The notes beneath the pieces are model-generated. The model was given only the letters and a program-made list of their open reading frames with translations, was not told the DNA's origin and did not search any database. A stretch of 64,000 nucleotides of DNA from Euryarchaeota archaeon UBA103. GTDB lineage: Archaea > Thermoplasmatota > Poseidoniia > Poseidoniales > Thalassarchaeaceae. Both the position numbers and the translations under genes were made by a program. The stretch is taken from positions 92,905 through 156,904 of the forward strand of contig DAYH01000023.1 of assembly GCA_002506825.1 (NCBI GenBank), read 5' to 3'. Position 1 is the stretch's first letter; each line of letters begins with the position of its first letter. Of this stretch, positions 32,737 to 42,900 are shown piece by piece.

Positions 32737-33729
32737 ATGGAGGCTGAGATGGCCATGGTATTGGCAGGAATTGTCATCATAATCATCCTGATGTTCGCGA
32801 ACATTATGATGCTTAGAGAACGTAAGGACCCACCCACTGCAACGGATATTGGGCAAGCATTGAAATTTCCATCTACTACGGAAATCGTTACAGCCCTGAA
32901 TATTCCCAGTACTCAGGATATGCAGAATGCTCTGGGTGCTAATTTTACTGGAGAGGGCGGTTTTTCTGAAAGGATTGGCGCCTTCACTGACTTATCTAGA
33001 GACATGACTGAAGCTACGAGGAAGTTCAATCAAATGGTGGCGACCAAGAGTAAGCGAGCGAAATGGGGCGAATGGCATCTTGAGGAAGAACTCAAAGAGG
33101 CGTTTCCAGATGTGAAAATTCGCGTCTCCGTGAAGGGATTAGGGAACATCCCCGATGCTCATTTGAAGACTCCCGATGGAAAAATTTTGATTGTAGATTC
33201 GAAGTTCGTCTATGACACCTACGACAAAATTCAGAATACTCCTGCATCTCAAGAGGTAACGAAGAAGAATCTCCAAACTACATTCAGAGGGGACGTCAAA
33301 AATCATGTAGAGAAGATAAAGAAAGATTATGTTCAACCTGGTAAGGGAACTCAAGAAGTAGCATACATGTATATCCCCTCGATGGCAGTTTACGAATACC
33401 TAATCGAGCATGAGTCGGCCACGGTACGCTGGGCGGCATCGCAGGGAGTCGTTATTTGCTCCCCCGTGAATCTTATGGCTAACATGCACATGATGGAGAT
33501 AGTTAGGATGGCCCAGAACATGACGAGTTTGCATACTGAGATTCTTGATGCTCATCTAAGGATAAAGAAGAGTTTTGAGGATTTTGATGAAGAATACAAT
33601 AAACTAAGCGAACATCTCAGAAAAGCAGTCAACAAAAGAGACGAGGTTACTTCACTTAAGGGAAAGTTAAGTGACGAGATTGAGGGCCTCTCCTCTATTG
33701 ATAGGTCGATTGAAGAAGATAGTGATTGA
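32737..33729 (+). CDS. rmuC: RmuC-family DNA recombination protein (short form with an N-terminal TM helix)
   Basis: PD-(D/E)xK-like core PDAHLKTPDGKILIVDSKF and the downstream MYIPSMAVYEYL are typical of RmuC. The C-terminus is a coiled coil. Confidence 0.7.
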   Translation: MEAEMAMVLAGIVIIIILMFANIMMLRERKDPPTATDIGQALKFPSTTEIVTALNIPSTQDMQNALGANFTGEGGFSERIGAFTDLSRDMTEATRKFNQMVATKSKRAKWGEWHLEEELKEAFPDVKIRVSVKGLGNIPDAHLKTPDGKILIVDSKFVYDTYDKIQNTPASQEVTKKNLQTTFRGDVKNHVEKIKKDYVQPGKGTQEVAYMYIPSMAVYEYLIEHESATVRWAASQGVVICSPVNLMANMHMMEIVRMAQNMTSLHTEILDAHLRIKKSFEDFDEEYNKLSEHLRKAVNKRDEVTSLKGKLSDEIEGLSSIDRSIEEDSD

Positions 33730-33756
33730 AGCAGAGACAGTAGTGATGAAATCACC

Positions 33757-34356
33757 ATGCCCCTTGGACGAGATATGATTGACTGGCGGACGGAAGATTA
33801 TCACCCAGTGGTTCATCTCCCAGATGAGTATGAGGTTAGAGACTTCACCAATGGAGATTACTCTCCTTCTGAATATGAATTTGATATTGGCAGATATGAC
33901 GAATTGCGTCCGGGGATGTACTCAACGGACCTTTTCTCTGATGGTAGATTTCTGCATGTAGGAATCGATATCGGCGCTCCAGTTGGAACTCCTTGTATGG
34001 CATTCGATGACGGCGAGATTTCTAATTTTGGCTACAACCCCGACGATGGAGATTATGGGCATGTAGTAATCACGAAGCATATCATAGATGGGAGATCTGT
34101 ATGGGCTCTGTATGGCCATCTAAACTCCAAATCAATAGAGAATAAGGAAATCGGGCAGAAGATTTCCAAGGGAGAGGTGATATGTTGGATGGGGGATAAG
34201 CATGAGAATGGGGGATGGGAGTCACATCTCCATTTCCAGCTGTCCCTGAAGGAGCCGGAAACACATGATTTGCCAGGGGTAGTCTCTCCTGATAATCGGA
34301 ATCAGGCACTGCAGGACTACCCCGACCCAAGATTAGTGTTAGGTCCGATCTACTGA
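33757..34356 (+). CDS. M23 (LytM-type) metallopeptidase-fold protein without a signal peptide
   Basis: HxxxD and HxH zinc motifs are present: LHVGIDIGAPVGTP and GWESHLHFQL. GHVVITKH...ALYGHLN is also present. Confidence 0.8.
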   Translation: MPLGRDMIDWRTEDYHPVVHLPDEYEVRDFTNGDYSPSEYEFDIGRYDELRPGMYSTDLFSDGRFLHVGIDIGAPVGTPCMAFDDGEISNFGYNPDDGDYGHVVITKHIIDGRSVWALYGHLNSKSIENKEIGQKISKGEVICWMGDKHENGGWESHLHFQLSLKEPETHDLPGVVSPDNRNQALQDYPDPRLVLGPIY

Positions 34357-35393
34357 ATATCAGAGAGATATTCCTTCAGTTGAGGAATTGGCTCCATAGA
34401 AGTAGGATTTACCCCCCTTAGGAGAGCTAGTGCTATGGAAATCCAATCAGAAAGGTGAGCGGCATAAATCAATCGCTCGAGTAGGGATTCGCCTTCGCAT
34501 TCTATTCTCCAGACATTCTTGGTACTCAGATTGTCCTCGATCCAACTAATCCTTGATTCGGTCCTCTCATGAATGCCCTTAGAACTCATAATTAGGAGCG
34601 CTCGGTTTCCCGGGGACTCTGAGAACCATGCCACTATCTCGTTATGATTCATCTCTGGCACCTCGGAGTGTTTGGCGAATGCTTCAGAGTTCTCATTAAT
34701 CTGACACGTGAGTCTGTAAGCAGCCGCGTTAAATTCCCTAGGACAAATTATGCCAATCTCAGAATCTACGAGATTTCTGGCCAGAGCCTCAGACATTCCA
34801 TCTCCTGAAATAATATCTAGATTCCTCGAAGAATCTCGAATTCTGTTAATCATCGATTGGAGTTCTTGCTCCTCGGGACGGGCCAGTATTCCCATTGACC
34901 AGCAGACTGCCAATTGGGCCCCTAGTATGTGACCAAATGCAGATCTAGGCATTTGCCCCTTGGGAATGGCAATAGACACAGATTCATCGTGACCTTCCAA
35001 GATTCTAGTCAACTCTCCTCCGGAGGATATTCCCACCACTGTCCCCCCAGAATCTATCGCCTTCATTACGCCATCAATAGTCTCCTCTGTATCACCGGAG
35101 TATGAAGTCGCAACAACCAGCCAGTCCGGTCCCCACCACTGAGGGAGCCCATAGTCTCCCCAGACCACGAATGGTAACCCGCCCTCTTCATCTGAGATGG
35201 TTTTGAGGAACCTACCAGCTGAACCCGAGCCACCCATTCCAAGGAATATCACCCCGGTCCAGTCTAGGTCTGATTCCAATCCTGTTTCCGAAGAAATGGC
35301 ATTCTCTAAATCATCCACGAAACGTCTAGTAAGTCCACACATATCTTCGGTATCTAGGGACTCAGCCAGCTCCTCTATTCTTTGGCCTGACAT
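34350..35393 (-). CDS. Bifunctional phosphoglucose/phosphomannose isomerase (SIS domain, archaeal PGI/PMI family)
   Basis: SIS motif FLGMGGSGSAGRF, a second SIS-like half, and a length and layout typical of the family. Confidence 0.7.
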   Translation of the reverse strand: MSGQRIEELAESLDTEDMCGLTRRFVDDLENAISSETGLESDLDWTGVIFLGMGGSGSAGRFLKTISDEEGGLPFVVWGDYGLPQWWGPDWLVVATSYSGDTEETIDGVMKAIDSGGTVVGISSGGELTRILEGHDESVSIAIPKGQMPRSAFGHILGAQLAVCWSMGILARPEEQELQSMINRIRDSSRNLDIISGDGMSEALARNLVDSEIGIICPREFNAAAYRLTCQINENSEAFAKHSEVPEMNHNEIVAWFSESPGNRALLIMSSKGIHERTESRISWIEDNLSTKNVWRIECEGESLLERLIYAAHLSDWISIALALLRGVNPTSMEPIPQLKEYLSDIQ

Positions 35394-35397
35394 TGAC

Positions 35398-36474
35398 TTA
35401 CTTCCTCCCTGAGGGTACTGCTAGCCATACTCCCTGTATGAAACCAATGCGTATTGACTTCGATTCGGGGTCATCATCATACGGTAACCCTACAGTGACT
35501 ACCTTGTAGTCTGTAGGATCAAGGACCTCCACTGCCGAACTATCCCTATTCAATATATCAACAACGAACTGTTCACTCTTGGGGCAGATTACTACAGAAC
35601 CTTCCATATCCCTCCATGTAGCGCCTGATCTCTCAAACCTTTCCATTTTCTTTAGAATAGGTCCATCCTTCTGCCAGCTTTCGACTAACCAAAGATTCTT
35701 TCTGAATCTGATGACATCTCCGAGGCCATATGCAGGTTTCCTGTAGCTGAGTGTCAGCCTTGAAACCTCGATTCCATCGTTAGCACCGACTACTGTAGAG
35801 GTTTCTTTGACAGTGCCTCCGAACTTCTTGACTAAGTTTCTAGACCATCTCCTTGCCATGGCCTTGGACCCTAATTTCAGATCCCATCCACCTGTAACTT
35901 GTCCTTCCTCTGAGATGAAGAACATGGGGTCCGCCTCCATCTCGGACAGCATCTCATCAAGAGTCTCTCGTAATGACTTGAGCTCTGTTTCGGACAGTCT
36001 CCTTCCAGCTGATCTAAGTTGCATTACTGCTTCAAAATATGAGCCTGCCTTACGGGTGCATGTTGGACAAACTGCATTACTGGTCTGTAGAAGTACCTCA
36101 TGGGAATCTGCGAATTCATATCCTTCAATAGTACCAGAGATATCCACATGTAATCTACTGGTTCTATCGTCTATTTCCTCGACTGCGAAATCTACTGAAA
36201 CCTGCTTTGCCCTATCCTCGACACCAAGGCTTCCTCTGATCCTCAAATCTGCTAGATCGTTAGAGTCGATTACTGACCATCGTCCACGAATTTCATGAAA
36301 ACCACATTTAGAGCATCTATCTTGTTGGATTCTCTCAGGCATGACAGATAATCTAGTTCTATCCCTCAAACAAGATTCGCACATTCTATCTGTGGTCAAG
36401 GGCGGAGATGCGCCACAGACTATGCAGAACTCGCCGTCAGACATGCCTCTCCCATCGAATGCGCCCGTACTCAC
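35398..36474 (-). CDS. nmd3: NMD3-family protein (large ribosomal subunit biogenesis/export adaptor homologue)
   Basis: N-terminal double zinc-binding cluster FCIVCG...CESC...CSKCG, further on CPTC, and about 360 aa as in archaeal NMD3. Confidence 0.7.
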   Translation of the reverse strand: MSTGAFDGRGMSDGEFCIVCGASPPLTTDRMCESCLRDRTRLSVMPERIQQDRCSKCGFHEIRGRWSVIDSNDLADLRIRGSLGVEDRAKQVSVDFAVEEIDDRTSRLHVDISGTIEGYEFADSHEVLLQTSNAVCPTCTRKAGSYFEAVMQLRSAGRRLSETELKSLRETLDEMLSEMEADPMFFISEEGQVTGGWDLKLGSKAMARRWSRNLVKKFGGTVKETSTVVGANDGIEVSRLTLSYRKPAYGLGDVIRFRKNLWLVESWQKDGPILKKMERFERSGATWRDMEGSVVICPKSEQFVVDILNRDSSAVEVLDPTDYKVVTVGLPYDDDPESKSIRIGFIQGVWLAVPSGRK

Positions 36475-36516
36475 AGTTAGAAGGGTTCCCGATGACTGAA
36501 GACGTGTAATTAATTT

Positions 36517-36636
36517 TCATTCCTCGGAATCAGATGAAAAAATCTTCAGTTGGGTAGTTAATTCTGCCATTCTTGATCTTAAGTGGTTAACATAGTATAC
36601 TAGTATGAACGATAGTATTGTGTACGCGACTATCAT
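36517..36636 (-). CDS. ccmD: CcmD-like small membrane protein (39 aa)
   Basis: Manual translation gives MIVAYTILSFILVYYVNHLRSRMAELTTQLKIFSSDSEE*, one TM helix followed by a basic segment. Its ATG lies 1 nt after the ccmC stop, in the canonical ccmC-ccmD position. Confidence 0.4.
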   Translation of the reverse strand: MIVAYTILSFILVYYVNHLRSRMAELTTQLKIFSSDSEE

Positions 36637-36637
36637 T

Positions 36638-37378
36638 TCAGAGGTTCCTGTCATATTTGTTCCCCCCATCTAGTTCCATCTTGCTCTGTTCTAGTCTCTC
36701 TTCCATTCTGATAACCTCATTACTTAGCATTGCTAGTCCGATAAATAGAATCAGGAATGAGAGGAAACCCATCATCAATACTGTCCTGATAGCAGGATCT
36801 AAGCCCGTCTCTTCCCCATTGACTAAGACTATCCCAGGGTGCCTCTTCTGATACCATGTGGTAGCCAGTGCAGTTATTGGGACTAGAGCAAACCCGAATA
36901 GTCCCACTGCGGCGAGAGTGTCTCTAGTTTCCTGGCCATCTGGTTGAGATCTTCTAGATAGGACTAGGAATAGTGCCACGCCCGTCAGTAGGGCGAATGT
37001 ATTGAGGCGAAGATCCCCCCAATCCCAAGGGACGCCCCATTCTGCAGACCCCCAAATCGGTCCTGAGGTGATTACTCCGAGACCGAAAAGTAATCCGAGA
37101 TCTGAGCCGGTAGAGAACCATCTCCATCCCCAATCTGACCTATCCTTATACCATGCTACTGCCCCTAAGAACAACATACAAAATGCTAGGAATGAAGACC
37201 ACGCGAAGGGCACGTGCCAGTATAATATCCTGTATGCCTCGGGGGCGTTGAAAGCTGTTGAGTCCACCATGGGCGCGTAAAGTACTCCCATCAAAGCCGT
37301 GACGATCGCACCTGAAATCCCTAGTGCTGTCAGGCCGATGCCTATTCTGACTGATGAAGAGGAATCGGTGTCGGACAC
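36638..37378 (-). CDS. ccmC: Heme exporter/heme lyase component CcmC
   Basis: Trp-rich WWD motif WGSAEWGVPWDWGDLRLN, the conserved His context YWHVPFAW, and 6 TM helices. Confidence 0.85.
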   Translation of the reverse strand: MSDTDSSSSVRIGIGLTALGISGAIVTALMGVLYAPMVDSTAFNAPEAYRILYWHVPFAWSSFLAFCMLFLGAVAWYKDRSDWGWRWFSTGSDLGLLFGLGVITSGPIWGSAEWGVPWDWGDLRLNTFALLTGVALFLVLSRRSQPDGQETRDTLAAVGLFGFALVPITALATTWYQKRHPGIVLVNGEETGLDPAIRTVLMMGFLSFLILFIGLAMLSNEVIRMEERLEQSKMELDGGNKYDRNL

Positions 37379-37416
37379 AGCCCTTCGAGAGGCTACCTAG
37401 TGAAGAATGCTATTCT

Positions 37417-38850
37417 CTATGCATCAGGAATAATAACAGCCACAGCCCAGACCATAGCAGAGATAATGCTTGCAATAATTATCGATGCCAGAGGGCTTCC
37501 TATGGAAATCTCTGAGGACATACCTACTTCCATGATTACAGATAGTGCATCAACTAGTTCCATGAATGGCCAAATTAAGACTATCAGGAGGAGAGATGCC
37601 ACTGCGGCGCCAGACCTACGTAAATCGGAAACCAGAAGGTGAAGAGCAGTAGCCGCGCAAGAAATATCAATTATTACCAGAGAAGGTAGCCAGAGCCACC
37701 TCAATACCTCCTCAGAACTGTCAACTGGCAAAGAGCCACTCAATACTAACCATGAGAGGTAGGTCAGAGGAAGCGGCAGAAGTATGGATGATGCCATAAT
37801 AGATGTTGCTGGACGGAATTGTGGACCGCAAACTGCTGACCACCATTTCCCGCATTCTTCCTCCGAAAGTCTACGAATCATAGCAGGGGAAATAACGGCG
37901 GAGATGAACGCTGGAGTGAGAACCAGAGCTGCGGCCAGATGGTTTCCGATATTGGGGTTCGACAACGCCGCCTGCGACGTATCCATTCCTATCAACACTG
38001 AATAAGATAAGAGAAGAGCCAATATGGCAGGAGTCGCCTTTCCAATGGTATCTACTGGGTTTCTCCTCTCAATTGAGTAAGTCCATGAGAATAGCGATGA
38101 GATAGTCTTACTATGTCTTTCATTAAGGAATTGTCTTTCCTGAATAATATCTTCTTCAATAGTGTTGTTCGACTCGGAAATTCCCCCGGAATCAATAGTT
38201 AAGATCCTCCTTGAGCATGAGATTACTTCTTCATCATGTGAGGCCATTACTACGGTATTTCCATGTTGCGATAGCTCACTTATCCACTTCTTTAGAACTC
38301 CCTTGGAGAATGAGTCCAAGCCTTCCGATGGCTCATCTAGGAAAACTATTCTTGGAGTCCTGCACATCATTGCTGGAGCCATGCCAGATATTACTGCCAG
38401 ACGTCTCCTCAGTCCGGCCGACAGTTGCGAAACCCTGTCCTCGGCCCTGTGAGACATGCCCCACTCTTCTAGGATCTTTTTGGCCTCTATTTGACTACAA
38501 TCCATTCCTGATACTTTCAGTGCGGTGGATAGTCTCTCCATGACTTTCTCCTCTCCGCAAACACCATCCGATTGCAGAGTCAGTCCGAATGGATATGGCT
38601 TTTGCCTTGTTCCAGAGTAATTCCTGATTGTGAGTGATTCGCCCTTCTCTGAAAACCAATCAACTTGGCCTGTCGTAAGGGGGAGGATTCCCACAAGAGA
38701 TTCGATAAGAGTGGTCTTCCCAGATCCATTTTCCCCTACGAAGCATATAACATCACCTTGGAAAATCTCAAGGTTCAATTTCTGGATTACGGTTCGTGTC
38801 CCCCTGGTAACGCTAACGTCTCTTGCCTTGAGGACCGGTGACTGCGCCAT
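37417..38850 (-). CDS. ccmA: Fused CcmA (ABC ATPase) and CcmB-like (6-TM permease) heme-export protein
   Basis: N-terminal Walker A GENGSGKTT, signature LSAGLRRR and Walker B VFLDEPSEGLD. The C-terminal ~230 aa is hydrophobic with about 6 helices. The gene lies directly upstream of ccmC-ccmD. Confidence 0.7.
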   Translation of the reverse strand: MAQSPVLKARDVSVTRGTRTVIQKLNLEIFQGDVICFVGENGSGKTTLIESLVGILPLTTGQVDWFSEKGESLTIRNYSGTRQKPYPFGLTLQSDGVCGEEKVMERLSTALKVSGMDCSQIEAKKILEEWGMSHRAEDRVSQLSAGLRRRLAVISGMAPAMMCRTPRIVFLDEPSEGLDSFSKGVLKKWISELSQHGNTVVMASHDEEVISCSRRILTIDSGGISESNNTIEEDIIQERQFLNERHSKTISSLFSWTYSIERRNPVDTIGKATPAILALLLSYSVLIGMDTSQAALSNPNIGNHLAAALVLTPAFISAVISPAMIRRLSEEECGKWWSAVCGPQFRPATSIMASSILLPLPLTYLSWLVLSGSLPVDSSEEVLRWLWLPSLVIIDISCAATALHLLVSDLRRSGAAVASLLLIVLIWPFMELVDALSVIMEVGMSSEISIGSPLASIIIASIISAMVWAVAVIIPDA

Positions 38851-38903
38851 GCACCTCGGAGTAGTATCAGTCGTTTGAGTCGTTCCATTCTGAAAATCAC
38901 TAT

Positions 38904-39932
38904 TTGCAAGTCCCCTCTGTCAGGGGCATGAGTGCGTTAGGAGAGCTTGGAACTTCCGAGCAGATTTTTGTTATCGTGCTATTACTTTCTTGCATTACAC
39001 CGTATATTTCTGCTTATCGTGGGAACACAAGTATTGCCCTTGCGACTATTCTTTCACTTATGCTGGCTTCTTTCGTACAATTTGCCATTTCTGTTATTCA
39101 AGGGGTCCCAGTCGAGATGGGGTGGGTAGTTTCTGTTTTTGGAATCAGGCCTTCGATAGCTACATCTCCAGTGGAGTCATACAGATTCATTACAAGTGCA
39201 TGGATTCATGCTGGATGGGTACATGTTTTAGGGAATATCTTGGTGATTGGTCTGGTGGGCATCCCGCTAGAGCAAAGGATGGGCGGCAAGAGATGGATGG
39301 CTGTTTACTTACTCGGGCTATTGGGCGGAAATATTGCGTGGGTTTTTACACATCCTGATTCGATGATTCCAACTATCGGAGCGAGTGGTGCCGCTTTCGG
39401 GATACTGGGTGCTTACATGGCATGCTGGCCCAGCGATGAAGTGGAGTTTCCCTTACTATTCCTAATCCGAGCATGGCCAATTTGGTTGATTGTATTCTTC
39501 AGATTGGGGATAGAGGTTTGGCAAGTATACTCGATTCAATTAGGGACTTCAGGAGATAGTAATATTGCACACATGGCCCATGTTGGAGGTTTCTTTCTGT
39601 CTTACTTACTGGCAAGGGGAGTAGCCGTAGGAGGGCCTCAGCCTCTGGAAAGGGATGCGATTGATGGAGTCCCTCAATCGACTAGAAATATGCCGAGTCT
39701 TAAGGAAAATCCATGGGAGTCTTCTGGATCGCCACTTGAGGGAAGGGCCCTTAAGGTACTAGGGAAACTCCTCGAAGAAGGAGATGAAATAGAAACTAGA
39801 AGGGCATGGCTAGAAGAGCTTTCCGAACATACAATCTGCCCAATATGCGGAGGGGAGATTCTAGCAGAGACCAAGGGTGGCCGAACTTGGATAAAGTGTG
39901 GCGTGTCAGAGAGTCACCTAATGTGGCCATAG
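38904..39932 (+). CDS. Rhomboid intramembrane serine protease with a C-terminal zinc ribbon
   Basis: Motifs WIHAGWVHVLGNIL, catalytic GASGAAFGILGAY, and the His in AHMAHVGGF. The C-terminus is CPICGGEILAETKGGRTWIKCGVSESH. Possible starts are TTG 38904 or ATG 38928. Confidence 0.85.
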   Translation: MQVPSVRGMSALGELGTSEQIFVIVLLLSCITPYISAYRGNTSIALATILSLMLASFVQFAISVIQGVPVEMGWVVSVFGIRPSIATSPVESYRFITSAWIHAGWVHVLGNILVIGLVGIPLEQRMGGKRWMAVYLLGLLGGNIAWVFTHPDSMIPTIGASGAAFGILGAYMACWPSDEVEFPLLFLIRAWPIWLIVFFRLGIEVWQVYSIQLGTSGDSNIAHMAHVGGFFLSYLLARGVAVGGPQPLERDAIDGVPQSTRNMPSLKENPWESSGSPLEGRALKVLGKLLEEGDEIETRRAWLEELSEHTICPICGGEILAETKGGRTWIKCGVSESHLMWP

Positions 39933-39957
39933 GGCAAAAAAAACGGTCTCGGACAGG

Positions 39958-42900
39958 TTGGGATTATACAGGGCCAACATGTGGCTCTCTAAGAGAGCCA
40001 TGGGAAAGAGAGCATCTTCAGCGACTCCAATCATTGTAGCCTTGATGGTTCTGATGCTTGACGTTTCTGTAGGAGTGAGTGGTTCTGAATGGGAAATTAA
40101 TAGCTCTGATGCACAAATGGAAAATGTAGATTCAGAGGCAATCATAGATATTCCGCCCCTCATGTGCGAGTCAGGCGAGTGCCCTCTCAAAGACAGGAGC
40201 CCTCATCTTCCGCCAAATGGGGTGGATTGGCCAGTTCAAGAACCCGGTTGGTGGTTTAATTTCTGGAATGATAAAGATGCCAATGGCATGGACGATAGGT
40301 TGCAATGGATAATTTCTGGAGATCGGGAGTCCGTTTCCACTAGCGCAGTTATGGGAGATGATGGCAGGATGACTGTGGCGATTTTCGTTTGCTACTCTTG
40401 GCACCCTGGAGATGATGACATATCTGATTTGAAGGAGGTATTATCCAAGTATGGATGGGAAGAGTATGGGACTTACTTCCGAGCGGTAGACATTCTTGAT
40501 ACTTTGATTGTCGAGCATGTCCCGGTCAGTGCATTGATTGAAATTTTGATGCTCGATGGAGTCGTACTGGTTGAACAGCAGGATGTCCTGGTCCCCTACC
40601 TCAACACCGCGACCAAGGGATCTAAAGTCAGGACATCAGATGTTTTCAGTGAGACTATGATGGACTATGGTTACGATGGCTCTGGAGTGGTTATCGCCAT
40701 TGCAGATACCGGCGTTGACAATGAGCATTTCTCACTCGATGACTTCTCGGATCAAAATTCTGACAATGGGGCAGAGCCAGATGAGTTACCAGATCCTAAG
40801 TGGGTAGCCGGATGTGATTCAACCTCTTGGAATCAACAAGATTGTGATGATGGCGGTGATGACCCTGATGATGGAGATGGGCATGGCACCCATGTTGCGG
40901 GCATAGCTCTCGGAACCGGAGGCGATGAAAGGGAGAATCAAGGATACGCACCCGGTGCGTATCTTGTTGATATTAAGGTCATGACGGATGCTGGAGCATC
41001 CAACTCCGGATATACTGTGGCGGGCATTAACTGGGCAGTGCAGAATGTAGATACTGATTGGGGTAACAATGATTCTAGTAGAGGCATAGATATTCTATCA
41101 ATGTCTTTTGGTAGTGGGTCAAGCCCTGCCGGGGAGGATCCGGGAGATAACGGAACCAGTCAAGATTCGCTAGCAGTTAATGCGGCATCTGAAGCTGGCA
41201 TTGTTTGTGTGGCCGCGATTGGGAATGACGGGTATCGAAGGGTAACCTCCGTAGGAGCGGCGGACTCCGCCATAACTGTAGGTTCGATTGATGATAAAGC
41301 CAGCATTGAGAGGGGGGACGATTCTATCGCATCTTACTCTAACTCTGGACCCAGGGAAGACGATGGGGATGACAATCAGTGGGATGAGCTGAAACCGGAT
41401 GTTGTTGGTCCGGGCTCCAATATTATGTCGGCACAGCACGCCGCATCTAGCTCACAATTACCCGGATCTGCCAAACCACTTGCCAGTGACAATTATGTCC
41501 AAAAATCGGGAACTAGTATGTCCACTCCGGCAGTAGCCGGATTCATAGCAGCGATGCTGCAGATGGATGAGGATCTAACCCCTCAAGAGGTAAAAGACAT
41601 ACTTAGGAACAATTCCGAGACAAGGGGGGCCTCATCAGCTCCTGATATTTCCGAGAGGTGGAATGATCAATATGGATTTGGGATAATTGATGGGGAGATG
41701 GTCATGCAGGCCATACTAGGAGATACTGGAGGGGGAGATGGAGATGGCAATGGAACTGATCCACCTCCTACGGGGACAGAGGAATGGGTGATAATAGAAA
41801 CTCCCGAGGAAGATGCTTGGCTTGTAGAGGGCGAAACATACAGCGTCAGGGGGCATATAGATGAGGATGCTGATACTAATGGGACAATTGAAGAGGTAAA
41901 TGTTAGCATTTCATACAGGTACAAGCCTGATGAAGGGCCGCGGCAGACTGAGATTTTAGTCGATTGGCATATAGTTCAGGGAACCATGAATTGGTCCACT
42001 CCATTCTCTATTCCGGAATTCACAGAAGACGAAATAGATATTGAGGAGATAATAATCAAGGCGAAGGCCAGGAATGAGTTCAACGTGTGGAGCGAGATGG
42101 AGCAGAGTGAGCATCCAGTAGGGTTACTCGAGGTTACATTGGGAGGCCCTAGTGGACAAAGTCCCGTATCTGGAAATACAAATATCTTTGGCGGATGGGA
42201 GTCAGTTAATGGGGCTAATATTCAATGGAGATTAGGTACTGAAAACTGGGAAACATCTCAACAGTTTGGAGGGACTGGGAGCGCCGCAGGAGATTGGTCT
42301 GTGAACTGGGATACGACCTCTGTTAATGATGGGTTTTATCGAATCTCGGTTAGGGTAGTGAGCGGAGATGGCATTTTCTCGGATGAAGTTCGGAGAACCG
42401 TAGAGGTAGATAATGACCCCCCCGCCCCTGATTTGATATTCCGTAGTGGGATTAGTGTGAGCGAATACGGATTACCCGTATCTGAGACATTCATCAACAC
42501 ATTCCTAGAAGTTAGTTGCGAGGTTAGAAATGATGGCGATTTGGATGCTTCTGAGGTTACCATCTACCTAAAGGAAAATGGCGCGAGGAAGGATGAGATA
42601 ACGATTCCCAGTATCGGCAGTGGAGATATTGTAGATGTAATACTTTATTGGAATCCATTGTCCTTGGGAGATAGAACTCTATCTATTTCATTAGATCCTT
42701 CTAACGAAATCGAGGAGATAGATGAAGAAGATAACGAGCAGTCAGTTGAGTTTCCTGTATTGCAGCGGCCCCAGGGTGTCGATCTTGCATTCAGAGATGG
42801 TGCAGTAAGAACTGAACCTCCCGTTCCCAGACCTAATGAGCAGTTTCTCATTACTGCCAGAGTTGATAATCTTGGATCCAGTGATGCAACGAACCTTGAG

